DNA of 63,994 nucleotides, filler included, from Octopus bimaculoides (GCF_001194135.2; 6 parts of 5 records of this genome joined end to end with filler, not necessarily neighbours in it); one strand, 5' to 3'; shown: positions 1-14,749, counted from the first letter of the whole stretch. Translations and numbers: made by a program. Notes: generated by a model not told the origin, from the letters alone.

Positions 1-34
<34 letters not shown>

Positions 35-1503
35 GAAGCAGATGTTTCCGAATTCTTAAAAGTGGTTACAATCAATGCGTCTCTCCAGGATTTTCTATTA
101 TTCAGAAACATTGAACATAGTAAAATACTATAAAATGCAATATAAAAATTAATCAATACGTTTGCGAATGCATTCTGCTAGATATAACGTGGAAACATAT
201 TTAAATAAGTAAATGTATCAGAAGACAAACAAGACTATTTATAATTGTGATTAATGTAACGTCGTTGAAATAGACTTAGAGGGATCGACACGTTTAGAAG
301 ATGACTTGACAAAATTGAAGAGATAAGCTGACAAACTAGATTTCAAGGACCTTAACAAATAAAAAGTAAGCGACAACTAATAAATTGAAGGGAATATTTG
401 GATGGAATTGACAAAAATTGAGATCGATTAGCCAAAGTCGAAAATTAATGGGGAGAAAATAAGAAGGCATTTAGTCTGAAGTGAGAATCAATGTTGATTT
501 TTCGTTTGATTAAAAGGTAGAATATCTACAAATAGATTATTTGAATATGTGACCACATACTTTTTTATGACATACAGTGTGTGTGTGCAATAACATTATC
601 GACCGGATATCTGTAATTTAATTGCAGTTTCATAAACTAAAATTCTCTAACTGCTGTATGCTTATAAGGTGTAGTTCACGGCAGACTATGGGTCAATTTA
701 CAGCTGTTTCTGTAGATAATTAACCAGCAGCCATTAATTTCATGCGTCAGCTATATTGATTAAATTTATTCCTACAAATGTGAATTCTGCTGAAGAGAAG
801 AAAAAGAAATTAAATCGGGTATTGCACCTTTTATGACCCTCTTCATTCTCATTGAAATAGTTTCTCTGCATTATAATACTCGCTAGGTTCAATAAGCATT
901 ACCAACATTGCTGCTTGTCTAAAATTCGAGAGAATTTGCTACAGCGTAATTGAAACATTGTCTGAACTTGAGGCTACATTTCTGCTTCAATGTTATTTTA
1001 TTTTTTAATTTAATAATGTATTTGTAACTGTATTAAATATAACGATTTTTGCTATTCGCATAAAATGTAACGTCCGCAGTTTATTACTCAATAATTTTAG
1101 CTTAAAAGTGTACGTAAATTAAAGCGAACACTAATAGGATTCTATCATGTTATTTAGTTAATTTATGAATACGTTTTAGATAATATATTTAAGATGCTCG
1201 ATACATACTTAACACACAAAACGGAAAATATTTACATTGAACAAATTCGATTAAGTATATTATAGCTCTCTTCTTGTGGATGTGTGATACGAAGGAATGA
1301 TAATCGTACCTGCTTCTTAGTAAAATGTCAGGGTGATTAGCTCAGTGAACATGAATCTTGCTCACTTTAAACTTAGAGCTTTTCTCCATAATATAGTAGT
1401 ATGAGAAATCATCGTCAATAGTTGTTACGTAATATTTATTACATATATGCTTGTATAGTTATATATGTTTGTATATCTATCTATCTGTCTATCAGTCTGT
1501 CTG

Positions 1504-1556
<53 letters not shown>

Positions 1557-2244
1557 TCTTCTTTTTATGTGAAGTTTTATAAAAACAATTCATCATTTCA
1601 CTGAACGACCACTGAATAGATTTTAGTAGAGTACATATTTATTACTTACCAATCATCATAAACTGATGCCCAGCAAGCTCATATTTTCTCCCTATTCCTC
1701 TCCATTACTTCCACTTCTTAACAATTTCTCCCGTTTGTTAATACCACCTCTAATTCTCGTTCACATTACTCCACCTACCAAAGGAACATAATTCCAAAAA
1801 CTATACAGAGCAAGGAAACAAAAGTAAATCGCAGTCAGATGATGGTTTGCAATCCAAAACTTCGAAGCCACAATCATTATAAACAATTGTATGATTCACA
1901 AGAGTTTCATTCTGGTCAGGATTCATAAATTACATGTGAGATAAAAACAAACTAGGGTTAAAAATTATAATTTGAAGAATAACGACTTACATAATGTCGT
2001 ATGTGAGAGATCACAATATATAGTGGATAGTGTGTACGCTAAACGGCTGTGGTAACGGCACTGGATAGGCAGCTTTGTCCACATCGGTTATCTCTTTTAT
2101 AAGCTAAAAAAAGCAACATGCGGATATATATTAAAACTTCCCTAAACTTGAAAATCCATCCTAATTATATTTAATTTTATTACTCAAAAACAAATTGTCG
2201 GCTGTTTAATACGGTTCTGTCTGTCTGTTTCTCTTTCTCTCTCT

Positions 2245-2291
<47 letters not shown>

Positions 2292-4231
2292 CATATTCAT
2301 ACATACATGTGTGTGTGTGTGCGTGTGCGTATCAAAAAACTGCAAAACTATTTCCCAATAATAACTATTGGCAGAGTAAAAATGTGTTCTTTGTTTGAAA
2401 ATTCGTTAAGAATTCTGAAAAATCGATTCTGCAGAATGGTATTATGCGTATTATAATTTTCGACTTCTCCCCCTTGTACGACTCACATATAAATTTCATA
2501 AACCTTTAGTGCATCATTATGTCTTCAATTCTACTTATGCTTCCATATGCAAATGCATGCTCTACATTTTTCCTATGGGTTCCTCTGCTTAATGATCAAT
2601 ATAATTGATGTGTGCATGTCGTAATGAGTTACACATTTTAAATTGGAGGTGAGGAAAACAACCTTTATATAAAGCAAAATTGAATTGATTTTATTTTATA
2701 TAAATGGTTTATGCATCTGTAAATGTGTATATATATATATGCAAACACAAACATACATGCAGCGACATGTGTGCACATACTCATATAGTATGCATTTACT
2801 GTTAAATGTGAGATGTACAATTAAGTGTGTTATTCATATTTTGCCAACCAGGTTTTACTAAATTTTTATGACAAAGCTTATAACAATGATTGAGTATTAA
2901 TTTATGCAATTTGTCAAAACAAATAACCAAACAAAGAACAAAGAATAAAAACTCGATTCGAAATCAGGACAAAGTAGAATCATAAAGATATTTTATATTT
3001 TATACTTTATATAACTTTTGTTTTCCTTTTAACATTTTCTCATTAATTAAGCGATTCATTTAGTTTGAGGTCATAATATTAAGAAGCAAATAAATATTTT
3101 TCACAAAGTCGACACATTTAATCGTTGTATGTTTTCAGTAACAAACTTAAAAGCTGTTGATGCAATAGCGTGTCATTGTATTTTTAATAGCTTTTATTTC
3201 TAAATACCATATTCTTTAAATAACAATCATTTGCTGTCATATATAAGTTCCATGCAATATAACCTACTAAATGGACTTTTAGTTCGATTTTACAGTTTTC
3301 AAGGAAGCGTGGGTTAAATTAGAAATACGAATAATGTTTCTTCTCTCAAGCATTGTCTTCTGTGTCTTTAACCTAATCAACCGATTTTATTTCTGTTAGT
3401 GGTAAAATGAGTTCCAAACGACCAGGTGTCAACTGAATTCGTTAATGGTTTAGAATCTTGTATTAACCTTAAAATATCATGTTTTGTATTTGATTTAGTC
3501 GTGTAAATTGTAATCTTCAGCGATACTAAGCAATAGTCATGTCTGTTTTATTATATTACTGAGTCTCTTAACGAACTTATTATAACTTCTGAGTGTACAT
3601 CTCCAAGTTTATATAATTCTCCACAAATGTTATATTTGTTATATTGCTGTTAATACATTTACTTTTGACTCTGTGTCACCGATAAATAGAAAACGGATAG
3701 ACTTGAGAATAAAAGAATAATTCTATTAAAACGTAATTATATAAATGGCTTTGACTGAATTTAGTTACTAACCAGGCTAAATGCTTTATGCTGTTTAGTT
3801 TTTTCTTATTCCTGTTTCTATCAATCTCAATCCCATCTTTCTTTTCATTTTCCAATTTTGGTTTTGGTTTCAAATAAAGCCGACATTACTTTTGGCATTA
3901 ATTTAACCGAAGCCGATCAATTAGGTACTAGCAATCCATGCGATTGATTCCGTCACATGACCATTTAAAAAGGAAAAATTCTTTCTTTTTAGTACGAAGT
4001 GAGCTCGAATAAAGTAGGCTTATGATCAGATATACAAACCATGATAATCATTTATTTTATTTTATGTCTATAACCACGCTGTCCAGTGGGTCTTTTCCTT
4101 TTAATTATGCTAGATGTGGTTTTCTGGAGTTTGCTGCTAAACTTAAGATGTCAAGCAACTACTTAAAAGCTCTCTAATGTGTTAGATATTGATAAAGATA
4201 ACTAAATAAGAAAATTACAATAAACGTTTAG

Positions 4232-4745
4232 ATTCTCCGCCGCCTCCGCCGCCTCCGCCGCCTCCGCCGCCTCCGCCACCTCCGCCNNNNNNNNNNNNNN
4301 NNNNNNNNNNNNNNNNNNNNNNNNNNNNNNNNNNNNNNNNNNNNNNNNNNNNNNNNNNNNNNNNNNNNNNNNNNNNNNNNNNNNNNNNNNNNNNNNNNNN
4401 NNNNNNNNNNNNNNNNNNNNNNNNNNNNNNNNNNNNNNNNNNNNNNNNNNNNNNNNNNNNNNNNNNNNNNNNNNNNNNNNNNNNNNNNNNNNNNNNNNNN
4501 NNNNNNNNNNNNNNNNNNNNNNNNNNNNNNNNNNNNNNNNNNNNNNNNNNNNNNNNNNNNNNNNNNNNNNNNNNNNNNNNNNNNNNNNNNNNNNNNNNNN
4601 NNNNNNNNNNNNNNNNNNNNNNNNNNNNNNNNNNNNNNNNNNNNNNNNNNNNNNNNNNNNNNNNNNNNNNNNNNNNNNNNNACCACCACCTCCGAATCAG
4701 AATCAGCAAATTCCCGAAATGTTAATTGAAAGAAGCTCCGAGTAA
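4232..4745 (+). other. GC-rich (CCGCCGCCT)n tract spanning a gap; possible poly-proline coding exon
   Basis: ttag at 4228-4231 is followed by (G)AT TCT CCG CCG CCT... (DSPPPP...). After the gap (4287-4681) one frame reads PPPPNQNQQIPEMLIERSSE* (TAA 4743-4745). The polypyrimidine tract is weak and frame continuity across the gap cannot be tested. Confidence 0.25.
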
Positions 4746-5491
4746 TGTGAGAGGTAATATTTCCTTTATTGAATGGCGCAGTTCCTACGGAACAATCAAC
4801 CCGCACTGCAAGTCCGAGTCAAAGGTGTAACAAGAGGCAAATATGATACGTGAAACATCCGCTCATCGATAGCCTGTATATGGATCAAGGCGCCATAATG
4901 GAATACTAAGAAGTACTGGTAACCGTACTGAATAGTGGTTAGCTGTCAGCTTTGTAGAGCGATTTGAGAAAGCAAGCTAACTCTTGTGTAGAGGTACAAA
5001 ACCTTAACATCTTGTTAGGAGAGGTAAACATGCACGAATCTATTGAAACGCAATATGTAGTTGTGAGATGTCAGCTTAGACAGAAATACTAGAGTACAAC
5101 ATATCACTGGGAGCAGTTAGCTTGTAGTATGGTCAATGGTAGAAATAATAGTAACAGCATTAGTTACAACTCCAACACGCCGGAGAACATCAAACATCTC
5201 TCTCTCTCTCTCCCGTAAATAATATCAAAACCCACCCTGTCATCTGGCGACAGGAGAGTCAGCTATTGTCGAATATTTGTTGACATGAGTTGATGTCCAT
5301 TTTGATAAGAGACAGAATGGACGTCATCTTTAACGTAAGATTATTCATGATATCCTTCAAAACTTTATCAGATTTGTAAACAGGTAAACATAAGATATTT
5401 TAATCAACAGTTCATCATGGTCTATTCAAATTTCAGATCATATAACAGTACATACTCATACACGCATACAAAAACACAAACGCGGACACAT

Positions 5492-5529
<38 letters not shown>

Positions 5530-6494
5530 GCGCATATACATATATATGTGTATACATATGTGTATATATATGTGTAATATGTATATGTGTGTGTGTATAT
5601 ATATCTATATATATATGCGTACAAATATACACATACGTACATCCAAACAAATATGTATAGCTGTATATATTAAGTTGCTCCTCCATCTCCCGCTTTCTCT
5701 CATCTCTCTAACGCAAATATACGTAAACACACATATATTTGCATATGTATATACCTCGGGGGTTGGGGTTGGGAGATTCAATTCAAGGCTGGAAAATAGC
5801 AGCGATTGATGTACTACAACTGAGTAAATTATAAATGTATTCTAATGATGTATTAAATGCATCTTTCAAATAATCAGACGGTAACTTTTAACAGAAAAAC
5901 AGAATTGCTGAACAGATGTCTAATGTGAATTTGCTATTAATTTCATTGTCTCACACACACAGACAGACACACATGCGCGCGCGCGCACATACACACACAT
6001 ACACACACACACACACACACAAACACACAACACACACAACACACATTTATATGTGTGCATGTATATGTGTGCATGTATATGTGTATGTGTATTGTATACC
6101 TTCGTGTATGTATGTATGTATGTCTATGTGTGAGTATATGTATGTGAGAAGTATGTATCTATGCGTTAAGGTATGTGTGCATGCATGTATATATATGTGT
6201 GTGTGTTTGTCTGTGTGCATGCATATATGTGTGTGTGTGTGCCTATCTGTGTGTATACAAATTGAATCTCTTAGTACCACGCATTGTCTGAACAGATCAA
6301 CCGGTATTACACAATTACATTTTCTTATTAATCTTTTTGTACCTTCCGATCTGCTCGTCTCTGTTTCTCACTTCTTCAATCGCTTACAAACAGAATATTA
6401 ACTCTATTCTTCAGGACTCACTTCCTATCTAACCAAATATACCTTTGATTCGGCTATAATGGCAGGAAACAATCCTTTAAGTATCATGGATAAC

Positions 6495-7932
6495 TTATAT
6501 GTCCCCGTCTATGTAATGTTTGTCAGTTGCCCGACTACCCCATAGGCACAAGAAACAGCAATATTTTGTGAAACCTGGCAGCATTTCCATTAACATTCCA
6601 ATGCCTCTCAAATCTCCACATATTTTCCATGAGTATCTTTCATAGGCAATGGCATGACATAAAACTTCCATATTTTCATATGATTCATGAAGATGAACGG
6701 AGTGTGCAATAGGAACGGAGGGCTTCAAATTACCATTATGGAGAAAAATACAGCTTTTAAACTTCGTTTTGAAGAGTCAATAAACAAACACCACTCTGTA
6801 GGATCATGATTTTGTGATAAACATGTGAAAAGTTCATCGATGTTACTGCAAAAGTAAAGTGGGCCTTCAGCAGAAAAACACGTTTGTTGAAACACATTTC
6901 TCTGCCGAAAAAAAGTTATACGAACACCGTGCTCTAGAAGATACTTCTCCTTCAGTCTTGACGTCAACAGTTCTGCTTTATCTTTTGAGAGGGATAAGTC
7001 TCTGATAAGGTCATTCAGTTCAGCTTGGGAAAATTTCTGAGGTTCAAAACTATCGTCATCAGTCATGTAATCTTCTTCATCAGCACTATCGTGACACTCA
7101 GCATCATCATCTGATGTTTCAATACCATCATCTGGCGAAACTGGAATTGGCAGGCTTCCATTGTGAGGCACAGGTCTCATTGCAGAACCCAAACTGGGAC
7201 ACAGTTTTGTGGTTATTCTTCATAGAAAATCCTTTAACATTTACTTTGCAAAAATAGTAGTCATTAAAATGGTCTTTCAGCTCCCTCCATGTCATTGGAA
7301 TGGCAAAAGGCATCGACTTCTTATTATTACTTAACCAGTCACGTAAGCCATTTCAGCAAGCTGAGCAAATAAAATGTGGTGCCCATAACTTGTCCTGATC
7401 TCCAAGAGAACAGTCAAAGTACAGCTTATAAATCTTCTTGATCTTTAGTGTTATACGTTCTTGAGCTTTCACATAAGATGATTTCTATACAGTTGTGGCA
7501 TTGTTAACACTGTAAAACAAGTAGAGAAATAGATACAAACGGTTATACTTAAATTGAGTTTGATATGATGAGATATTTCACCAGACCAATTATGGCTGGA
7601 CAATTTGAGATGTTGAAATACCTAGTTCATCAGACAAAACTTGATTGGTTAGTTTAAGATGATAAAATATTGCATCTGAACTATGTAGCAATGAATAAGA
7701 ATAATGTAGTTTACTTTATAGGTATGTTTCCATGATGCAAATGAAATACATGCATACACGTCATTAATTGGAATTACTATATAATGTATGAGCTAAAATA
7801 AAAAAAAAAACGTTCTTATCTTGAAATCTGTACGTGATGTCAAAAACCTAATTGTATATTTGAAATCAGCATTAAAATCTACGCTAAATACACCTCGACA
7901 TATGCTTGATGACAAATACTTGTTGACTAGTG
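6495..7932 (-). mobile_element. Chapaev3-like (CMC superfamily) DNA transposon, decayed; 5' terminus present, 3' part truncated
   Basis: Frameshifted or stop-interrupted minus-strand peptides: GDQDKLWAPHFICSAC*NGLRDW, MPFAIPMTWRELKDHFNDYYFC, SAMRPVPH, FSQAELNDLIRDLSLSKDKAELLTSRLKEK, LFIDSSKRSLKAV, ICGDLRGIGMLM..GFTKYCCFLCLWGSR. The terminus reads CACTAGTCAACAA from 7932 and is flanked by TAA (7933-7935), matching the CAC end and TWA target I recall for Chapaev3. Confidence 0.8.
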
Positions 7933-8150
7933 TAATTATTTATTCAATCATTAAAATAAAATCTAGCTACTAAACTTATAATGATGAGTAGAACTGTTTC
8001 CTCATTTATAAAATTAAGAATTTTTTAGTTTTTCTCCGCCTAGTCAGCTTGTATCATACAAGTATTTCTCCTCACTACTCGTGCAAACTCTGTGTTAAGT
8101 TCCCTTTCTCATAACTCCACCAATCCACCACACTAGATTGTTGTTTATTA

Positions 8151-8656
8151 TCTATATTAATAAAAGCGAAATTCTGTCTGTCCCTCTGGGACCCCTGTAT
8201 CTCAGTTTACATTTGCTCTACATAGATATATTATACCCTTTTGGAATCAAAGATGATCGCGGGATTGAAAATCTGTCCTTCATTTCATTCTTGAACACTC
8301 AGCATTGGGATCTGATTGAAAAGCATTTGGGTTGCTATTTCTAGCAGGTAAATCTTGGCTGATTCACACCACTTTAATTGGCATTTGTAATATGACATCA
8401 GAAATCAAGGGGCGTGGGCATTCGCTTCGTTAATTTTACATCGAGGTAAGAACTTTGGGACAAATTGGCTAACAGTTGGAATTCAACTTGGGACTGAAAC
8501 AGTTGAATGATTGCAGTACATCTTTAATTCTCATCCGTCCTTAACCTCTGTGTCAGAGTCATGCTATAAGCTTTCTTCAGTTTTGGGCCGCAGGCCCAAT
8601 TAGCCCTCCGTAGAAGCTAGCTTAAAGGTCTGCACAGAGCGCAGCTTTTAAGCTAG
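8151..8656 (+). mobile_element. Non-autonomous Helitron
   Basis: 5' junction A|TC (8150/8151, tctatattaataaaagcgaaattctgtctgtcc). The 3' end has a hairpin ctgcac-aga-gcgcag, then 8 nt, then CTAG|T (8653-8657). A homologous second copy lies at about 39640-39903. Confidence 0.65.
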
Positions 8657-10077
8657 TCAAAACATTAAAAGCAAAGTTGAGCTCATAAGCAAATATGGAA
8701 TACGGTGACGCACTCTGTTTGATACTGTGACAATACTACTAATTTGACTCGTTCAAGCATAAAAATCCCGCTTGCATACAAAATGCGCCACATCTACATT
8801 TGGGTTAAATGCCAGACTTGAAATTCTCTCTATAAGCTGAGCAGTAAATACATACAAAACTTTATTTGAAGTTCAAGATGTAAATCTTCACAGTTGTTAA
8901 CTGCAATCAAACAATGAAACTCTGTTACAAACAAGTTCCTTAGAGGATGAATCCGGTTAACTGTAAGAGGAAAATAACATATACACTATATTAGGTTAGT
9001 ACCAAACTTATCCATTTGTATTCCTACACATTGTACTTTTCAGTGTCTTCTGTTAAGTAAAAACGCTGCTCAGTGTTCATTCCCAACAATCTATATTTCC
9101 CCTGGGTTATCTTTGAATGGCAGTGGTGTTAAAGTTTATGCTGAATTAACTTACATAATAATGAAGCATGCCCAGAATTACTACGTACAGGCATGATTAA
9201 ACAGACTCTAACGCGTCGCCCACGTTCTACATTTCATCAATATAAAATGCGAGTTTGTCTCCCCTATCATTTTTAAAACAAGAAGTGATTATTATGAAAT
9301 GCTTTACCCCGTCAATACCAGTATGGCATTATAAGTGATTAAAATATCTTATTTTCCAATATTAAGTATTGCAGTACCGACTCTAAAATTTGTATTTCGT
9401 ATGCTGCAAATACCTGAGTATTTTCATTCAATCCCTCACTCCATGCATACACATATCTATGTATATATACATACATACATAAATAACTACATACAAATAT
9501 CTATACATCCATATATAGATGCATACATAAATATATTCATACATACACATGCATACACACTGATGCACAAGTCTAAATATCTAATTGTCAATCTGGAAAC
9601 GCTAGGACTTTTAAGCAAAGGAGCAGATCGTCTAACACGTACTTTATAGTGGAACTGTAAGTGTAACAGTAAAAATATGCAAGACCTGCCTAAAGTTCAA
9701 TATATAATAATTTTCATTATATTTATTCAAAATTCAGTAATGGAGTTTCGTATCTGTTATAACTCAACTCCCCACTTTTAGGAGGAATAATAAATTACGC
9801 AAACAAGACACAAACAATCATGCATACGTACGTACAGACATAATACATTCATGCATGAATACATACATACAAACATACATACATACATTCATGCTTGAAT
9901 ACATACATACATACATACTACTTGCACGAACGGTAGTATTTCAAAATATTGTCTTTGCTCTACTTAAACTTCTTTAGGTCATTGAACATTTATTATATAT
10001 TTAGAAATGATCTCAGTTCTTAATGTTCGATTTGAAGCTCCCTGATTTAATCACTTTAGTTGTAATATTTCTGTCCT

Positions 10078-10256
10078 AAGGTGGAGAGCTAGTAGAATCG
10101 TTGGCACATTTTTATATCTTCAGTTCAAATTCTGCTGAGGTTAACTTTGCCTTAAATCCTTTCGGGGTCGATAAAGACGCAATTAAACACGGGCGTCGAT
10201 GTAAGCAATTTACCCTCGCCCCCGGAAACTGCTGGCTTGTGTCAAAATTTGACATT
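10078..10256 (+). mobile_element. tRNA-derived SINE, family C (decayed)
   Basis: Head gagctagtagaatcgttggcac, B-box-like gttcaaattc, body ttaactttgccttaaatcctttcggggtcgataaa, tail cttgtgtcaaaatttga; homologous to the copies at 25428 and 43510. Confidence 0.75.
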
Positions 10257-11684
10257 AATATTTCTATGTTCTCTGTCCTCTGTCATATATTTCCAGATCA
10301 TTGCAACAATTTTCATCAGTAGAACGGAATTAGTTTTCAGGGATGAGTATAGTTCCCTGTGACAAAATTTACTCCATTCTTAGTAAAGCCATAAAATTTA
10401 GACCCTTCGAATTTGTAAAAAGAAAACCAAAAACCCCACGGAGGTATTCTTGTTTGAATTAGTTGTTACCAGGAGACAACATGGAATATTATTGATATTA
10501 CACTGTGTAACACGATTTTTGTCCTTGAGTAGCAACTGTTATTTCCTATTTGCTTACTCCTAGAAAGTATGAAAACTGGCTAATATTTCCTTGAAACTCT
10601 GCATTTGTTAAATTTATTCAAACTCCAAGGAATCCCTCTCATCACATGACCATGCTGCCCCCTCCACTACTCTTGCTCATGGTCACAGATGCATATTTTG
10701 TCAGTCACTAATGAATATGCTCGACAGACTAAGGACAAGCAACTGACAAGCAAATCTGTGGTATTGAGCAGAATATTTGCTATATCAATATTTTTGCCGC
10801 AACAACTCAGCGCTGACACTCTGAAATGTAATGAAAAATAAGTCAGTTTCAAAACACTGATGTCCAGGTTACAAAAGCAAAGTTTGAAGGGAATAGTAGT
10901 AATTTCCTTTGATTTCTAAATAGAAGCAAAGAATAAATAAATAGAAAAATAAAACAGAATTAAAATTTCGTTACACCACTAAGTAACGAAATTTATTGGC
11001 ATTCAAATATAAATTAAGCAAGGATTTTCTCTGTGGAATTTGAAAGCAAATTTGAAACAGCAATCTACGGACTTAAGATCTATTTATATTTGAACAACTC
11101 TTTGAAGCATGCCAAAAATCGCTACAGGTTTTTGTAACATATCTTTGTTGTTATATGACACAAATGATTAAAATATGTTGTAAAGGATAATATATACGTA
11201 TATATTTAACTAAACTTCTATACCCAGCAGGAAGATAAGCTCAAACGTTGGCCACGAGCAAGAAAAATGCTTTACGACTAGAGATCTATATGAAGGTATA
11301 CACACACAGACACTTGGGGCTTCAGTATAGTTTTCCAAATGTATTGTGCATTCAAACAAAAAAAAACATATATGGAGAATTCACTTGAAATAGAGAAAAA
11401 TATATATGTAAGTAATATCAACATGTTATATCAAATGATGTAGAGCAAGTTGTTGTTAGTCAGTGATGCACTTTAAACTATATATTGAAGTATATTTAAC
11501 CATTAAATGAAAATGTTGTTTATACGTTCCACATGGAATTCCGGACATCCGAATTTTCCCCTTGCAAGTATGAGAGATTTGGGTTTGGCAAAAAGAAAAA
11601 AAATGTTATTCTCTGTGGTGTGCGATTGAAATACTAAAAGGATAAAGCGTTGCAAACATACACCACCCCAACACATATATATCA

Positions 11685-11854
<170 letters not shown>

Positions 11855-12349
11855 GTATGCATATATATATACACACACATACATACATACATATACATTC
11901 ACGCCCTCTCCCAATCTCTAGACTTCTATAATATAGATTTATATGCACACATACATATATGCTATATGTTGGTATGTATATAAGTTTGTTTAAGTGTATA
12001 TGTGCGCGCGCGCGTCTGTGTGTGTAAATGGATGTTAGACGTATATAACTTTAGAAATATCTATAAACATAATGAATTATTTATTCAATAGTTATTCAGG
12101 TGTTTATACTTTTCTCAATGCCTTTGTTGATGATTTCGGACAGAAAGAAATGTCCATAAATAATATTTACTCCCACGGTAGATTCATTTGATTCCAGTCA
12201 CACTATGGAACACCTGAGCCAAAGTTTTGTGGCGTTCAAAGAGCATACGATAAATTGCTTTGTTTTACTTCTTTTTCCCCCTCATTCGTATGTCTTCAAC
12301 ATTCTAAAGTCTCTCCTCTCTCTCATCGTATACATGAATATATATATGT

Positions 12350-12408
<59 letters not shown>

Positions 12409-12569
12409 ACAAACACACACACACACGCATATATATATATATATGTGTGTGTATTTGCGTTTACGGGTCGGTGTGTGTGCGTATGTATGAATGTTGTGCG
12501 CGTGTACATATATATGTGTGTGTGTTATATATACATTTATATAACAACACATGCATTGCATACATATAT

Positions 12570-12631
<62 letters not shown>

Positions 12632-13477
12632 TGTGCAAATACCATACACGGGGATACGTATATATGTCTGTGTAAGTACGTGTCTATATATCTATATGTA
12701 CACAAACATGCATGCGCACGCATACACATACACACACGTACACGTACACACGCTTACACATGTATACGTGTACATTTGCGGATGTACCCGTCCATTGAGT
12801 AAAGGCTATAAGGATATTTGTGGCGTGTGCGTGTTTGTGTGTATGTGTGTGTGTATGTGTGTGTGAGTGTGTGTATGTGTGTGTTACAGTGTGGAGGAAT
12901 ATATTTCGTCTCGCATCAATTTTATACTTTAAAGAAAACCAACTGGCGGTTGTTCACCTTTGATTTCTGAAGCAGCTTTTTCTCTTTTAAGTTTTCGAAA
13001 CAGACACATTTTAAAGAATTTCTATATCAATTTATTTCCATCGTATTTATATATATATGATTTCCTCCAATCATACGTCTATTTATGCGACACTTTTCTT
13101 TGAGATATATTACTCTAAATATATGTCGCTTCGATCGTTTCATTTTTATCTTCATGGTTATAGGGCCTGCGTACTCACGTATTGATTTAATGTTTTAATA
13201 TCATCTGAAATACATATATACCAAATATATATGTTATTTTGTATACCTTTAGGTGTTGGTTCTGTTTACAATTCTTTTCTACTGTCTCGCATCTTTTCTA
13301 CAAACTAACAAGATTGGCAAGAGACGTAGAATAATGCATCAATTATGATAACGATTTATCTTGAAAAATACTTTGTTTACAATAGATTTTGCAGGAGATA
13401 CGCCCGTTATTCAATGATAATTTTCTCAACAATAAAAAAGACTGCGTTTAAATGGATAACCTTAATGGTCATGCATT

Positions 13478-13559
<82 letters not shown>

Positions 13560-13612
13560 TGTGTGTGTGTGTGTGTGAGAGAGAGAGANNNNNNNNNNGA
13601 GAGAGAGAGAGA

Positions 13613-13649
<37 letters not shown>

Positions 13650-13675
13650 TGTGTGTGTGTGTGTGTATGTGTGTG

Positions 13676-13713
<38 letters not shown>

Positions 13714-13734
13714 TGTGTGTGTGTGTATACATAC

Positions 13735-14030
13735 GGCTTTTTTGGCTATTGTGTTGCACTCACGATCGTTAGATTGTGATTTCAATTCCTAGACCAGGTG
13801 ATGCGTTGCGTACTTGAGAAAAACACTTCATCTTACGTTGCTCTGTAATCACTTCGACACGTGACACGTGTTACACCGTGCAGACAACGTCAGTTTGATG
13901 CAGAGAGCGAGCTAATGTGTGGCACGAACATTTGGTCACTATAAACAAATCCTCTGTGCTCGTCGTCTGGCAAAAGCTGAACGTTCATCCGTTGTCTTCG
14001 ATAGGAGGGTCCATCGTATATAGATATACA
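13735..14030 (+). mobile_element. tRNA-derived SINE, separate family with CORE-like body (decayed)
   Basis: tRNA-like head gtgttgcactcacgatcgttagattgtgatttcaattcctagaccagg, followed by tacttgagaaaaacacttcatc, which resembles the ccttgagcaag/cactt start of CORE domains. Confidence 0.5.
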
Positions 14031-14749
14031 TATATTTTATTGGTGGTTATGTTTCCAAGTTTATCTAATAAATTCAATAGTATGTATTTATAGGTGTGGT
14101 TGCTTTTGTTTATATATATTGGGTTCTAATAGATGTTTCTGGCGTATAATTATAGTTTGTGGCATATAATTATAGTTTGTGGCGTATAATTGTAGATTCA
14201 TTATAGTTATTAAACAGGCGAATACCGACATAGTTGCTACACACACTAGGAATAGCTACCTGAATCAAGGGGACATTGGATAATGTACGTTATGTCGGAA
14301 AAGCAAGAAGAAAGGTAGGATAGTGTCTGATAGAATAGCTCTTAGCATATGTTAGCTTCATTTGAGCTAACCTGGGGCTAAACAACAAGACGAACAGCAG
14401 CAGCAGCAACGGCGGAAGTAAGGACTGTAATTTCAACCCAATAATTGTTCCTTTTATAAACATACTTGTAGGTCTCTTACACAGGTACGTCAGTTCGATA
14501 AACAAGCTTAAACGAAATAATAGTGATATACAATCCAATTAAATGTTAACACTGTTAATAAAGACAATAAACTAGCAATATAATCTATTCAAACAACCCA
14601 CATTTGTTGTCATTCTGTCTATAGGAAAACCAATTCATTAGCAATAGCAAGCTATAATAAAATAGCCACAAACTACTGAAAGGTCTTGAGAACAAGAATA
14701 AAATTACGTTGTCAGTTTTATGCTATGGCAGACATTAATAATGTTTATT

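Noticed and set aside
290-380. DLTKLKR*ADK..NK*KV resembling a CR1/L2 RT motif
   Set aside because: Too short and stop-ridden to support.
1651-1800. Minus-strand GTAAGT donor at about 1645-1650 with candidate acceptors upstream
   Set aside because: All frames contain stops and there is no PNKD/HAGH similarity.
14140-14195. 20-bp tandem repeat (about 2.8 copies)
   Set aside because: Real but an ordinary slippage duplication.
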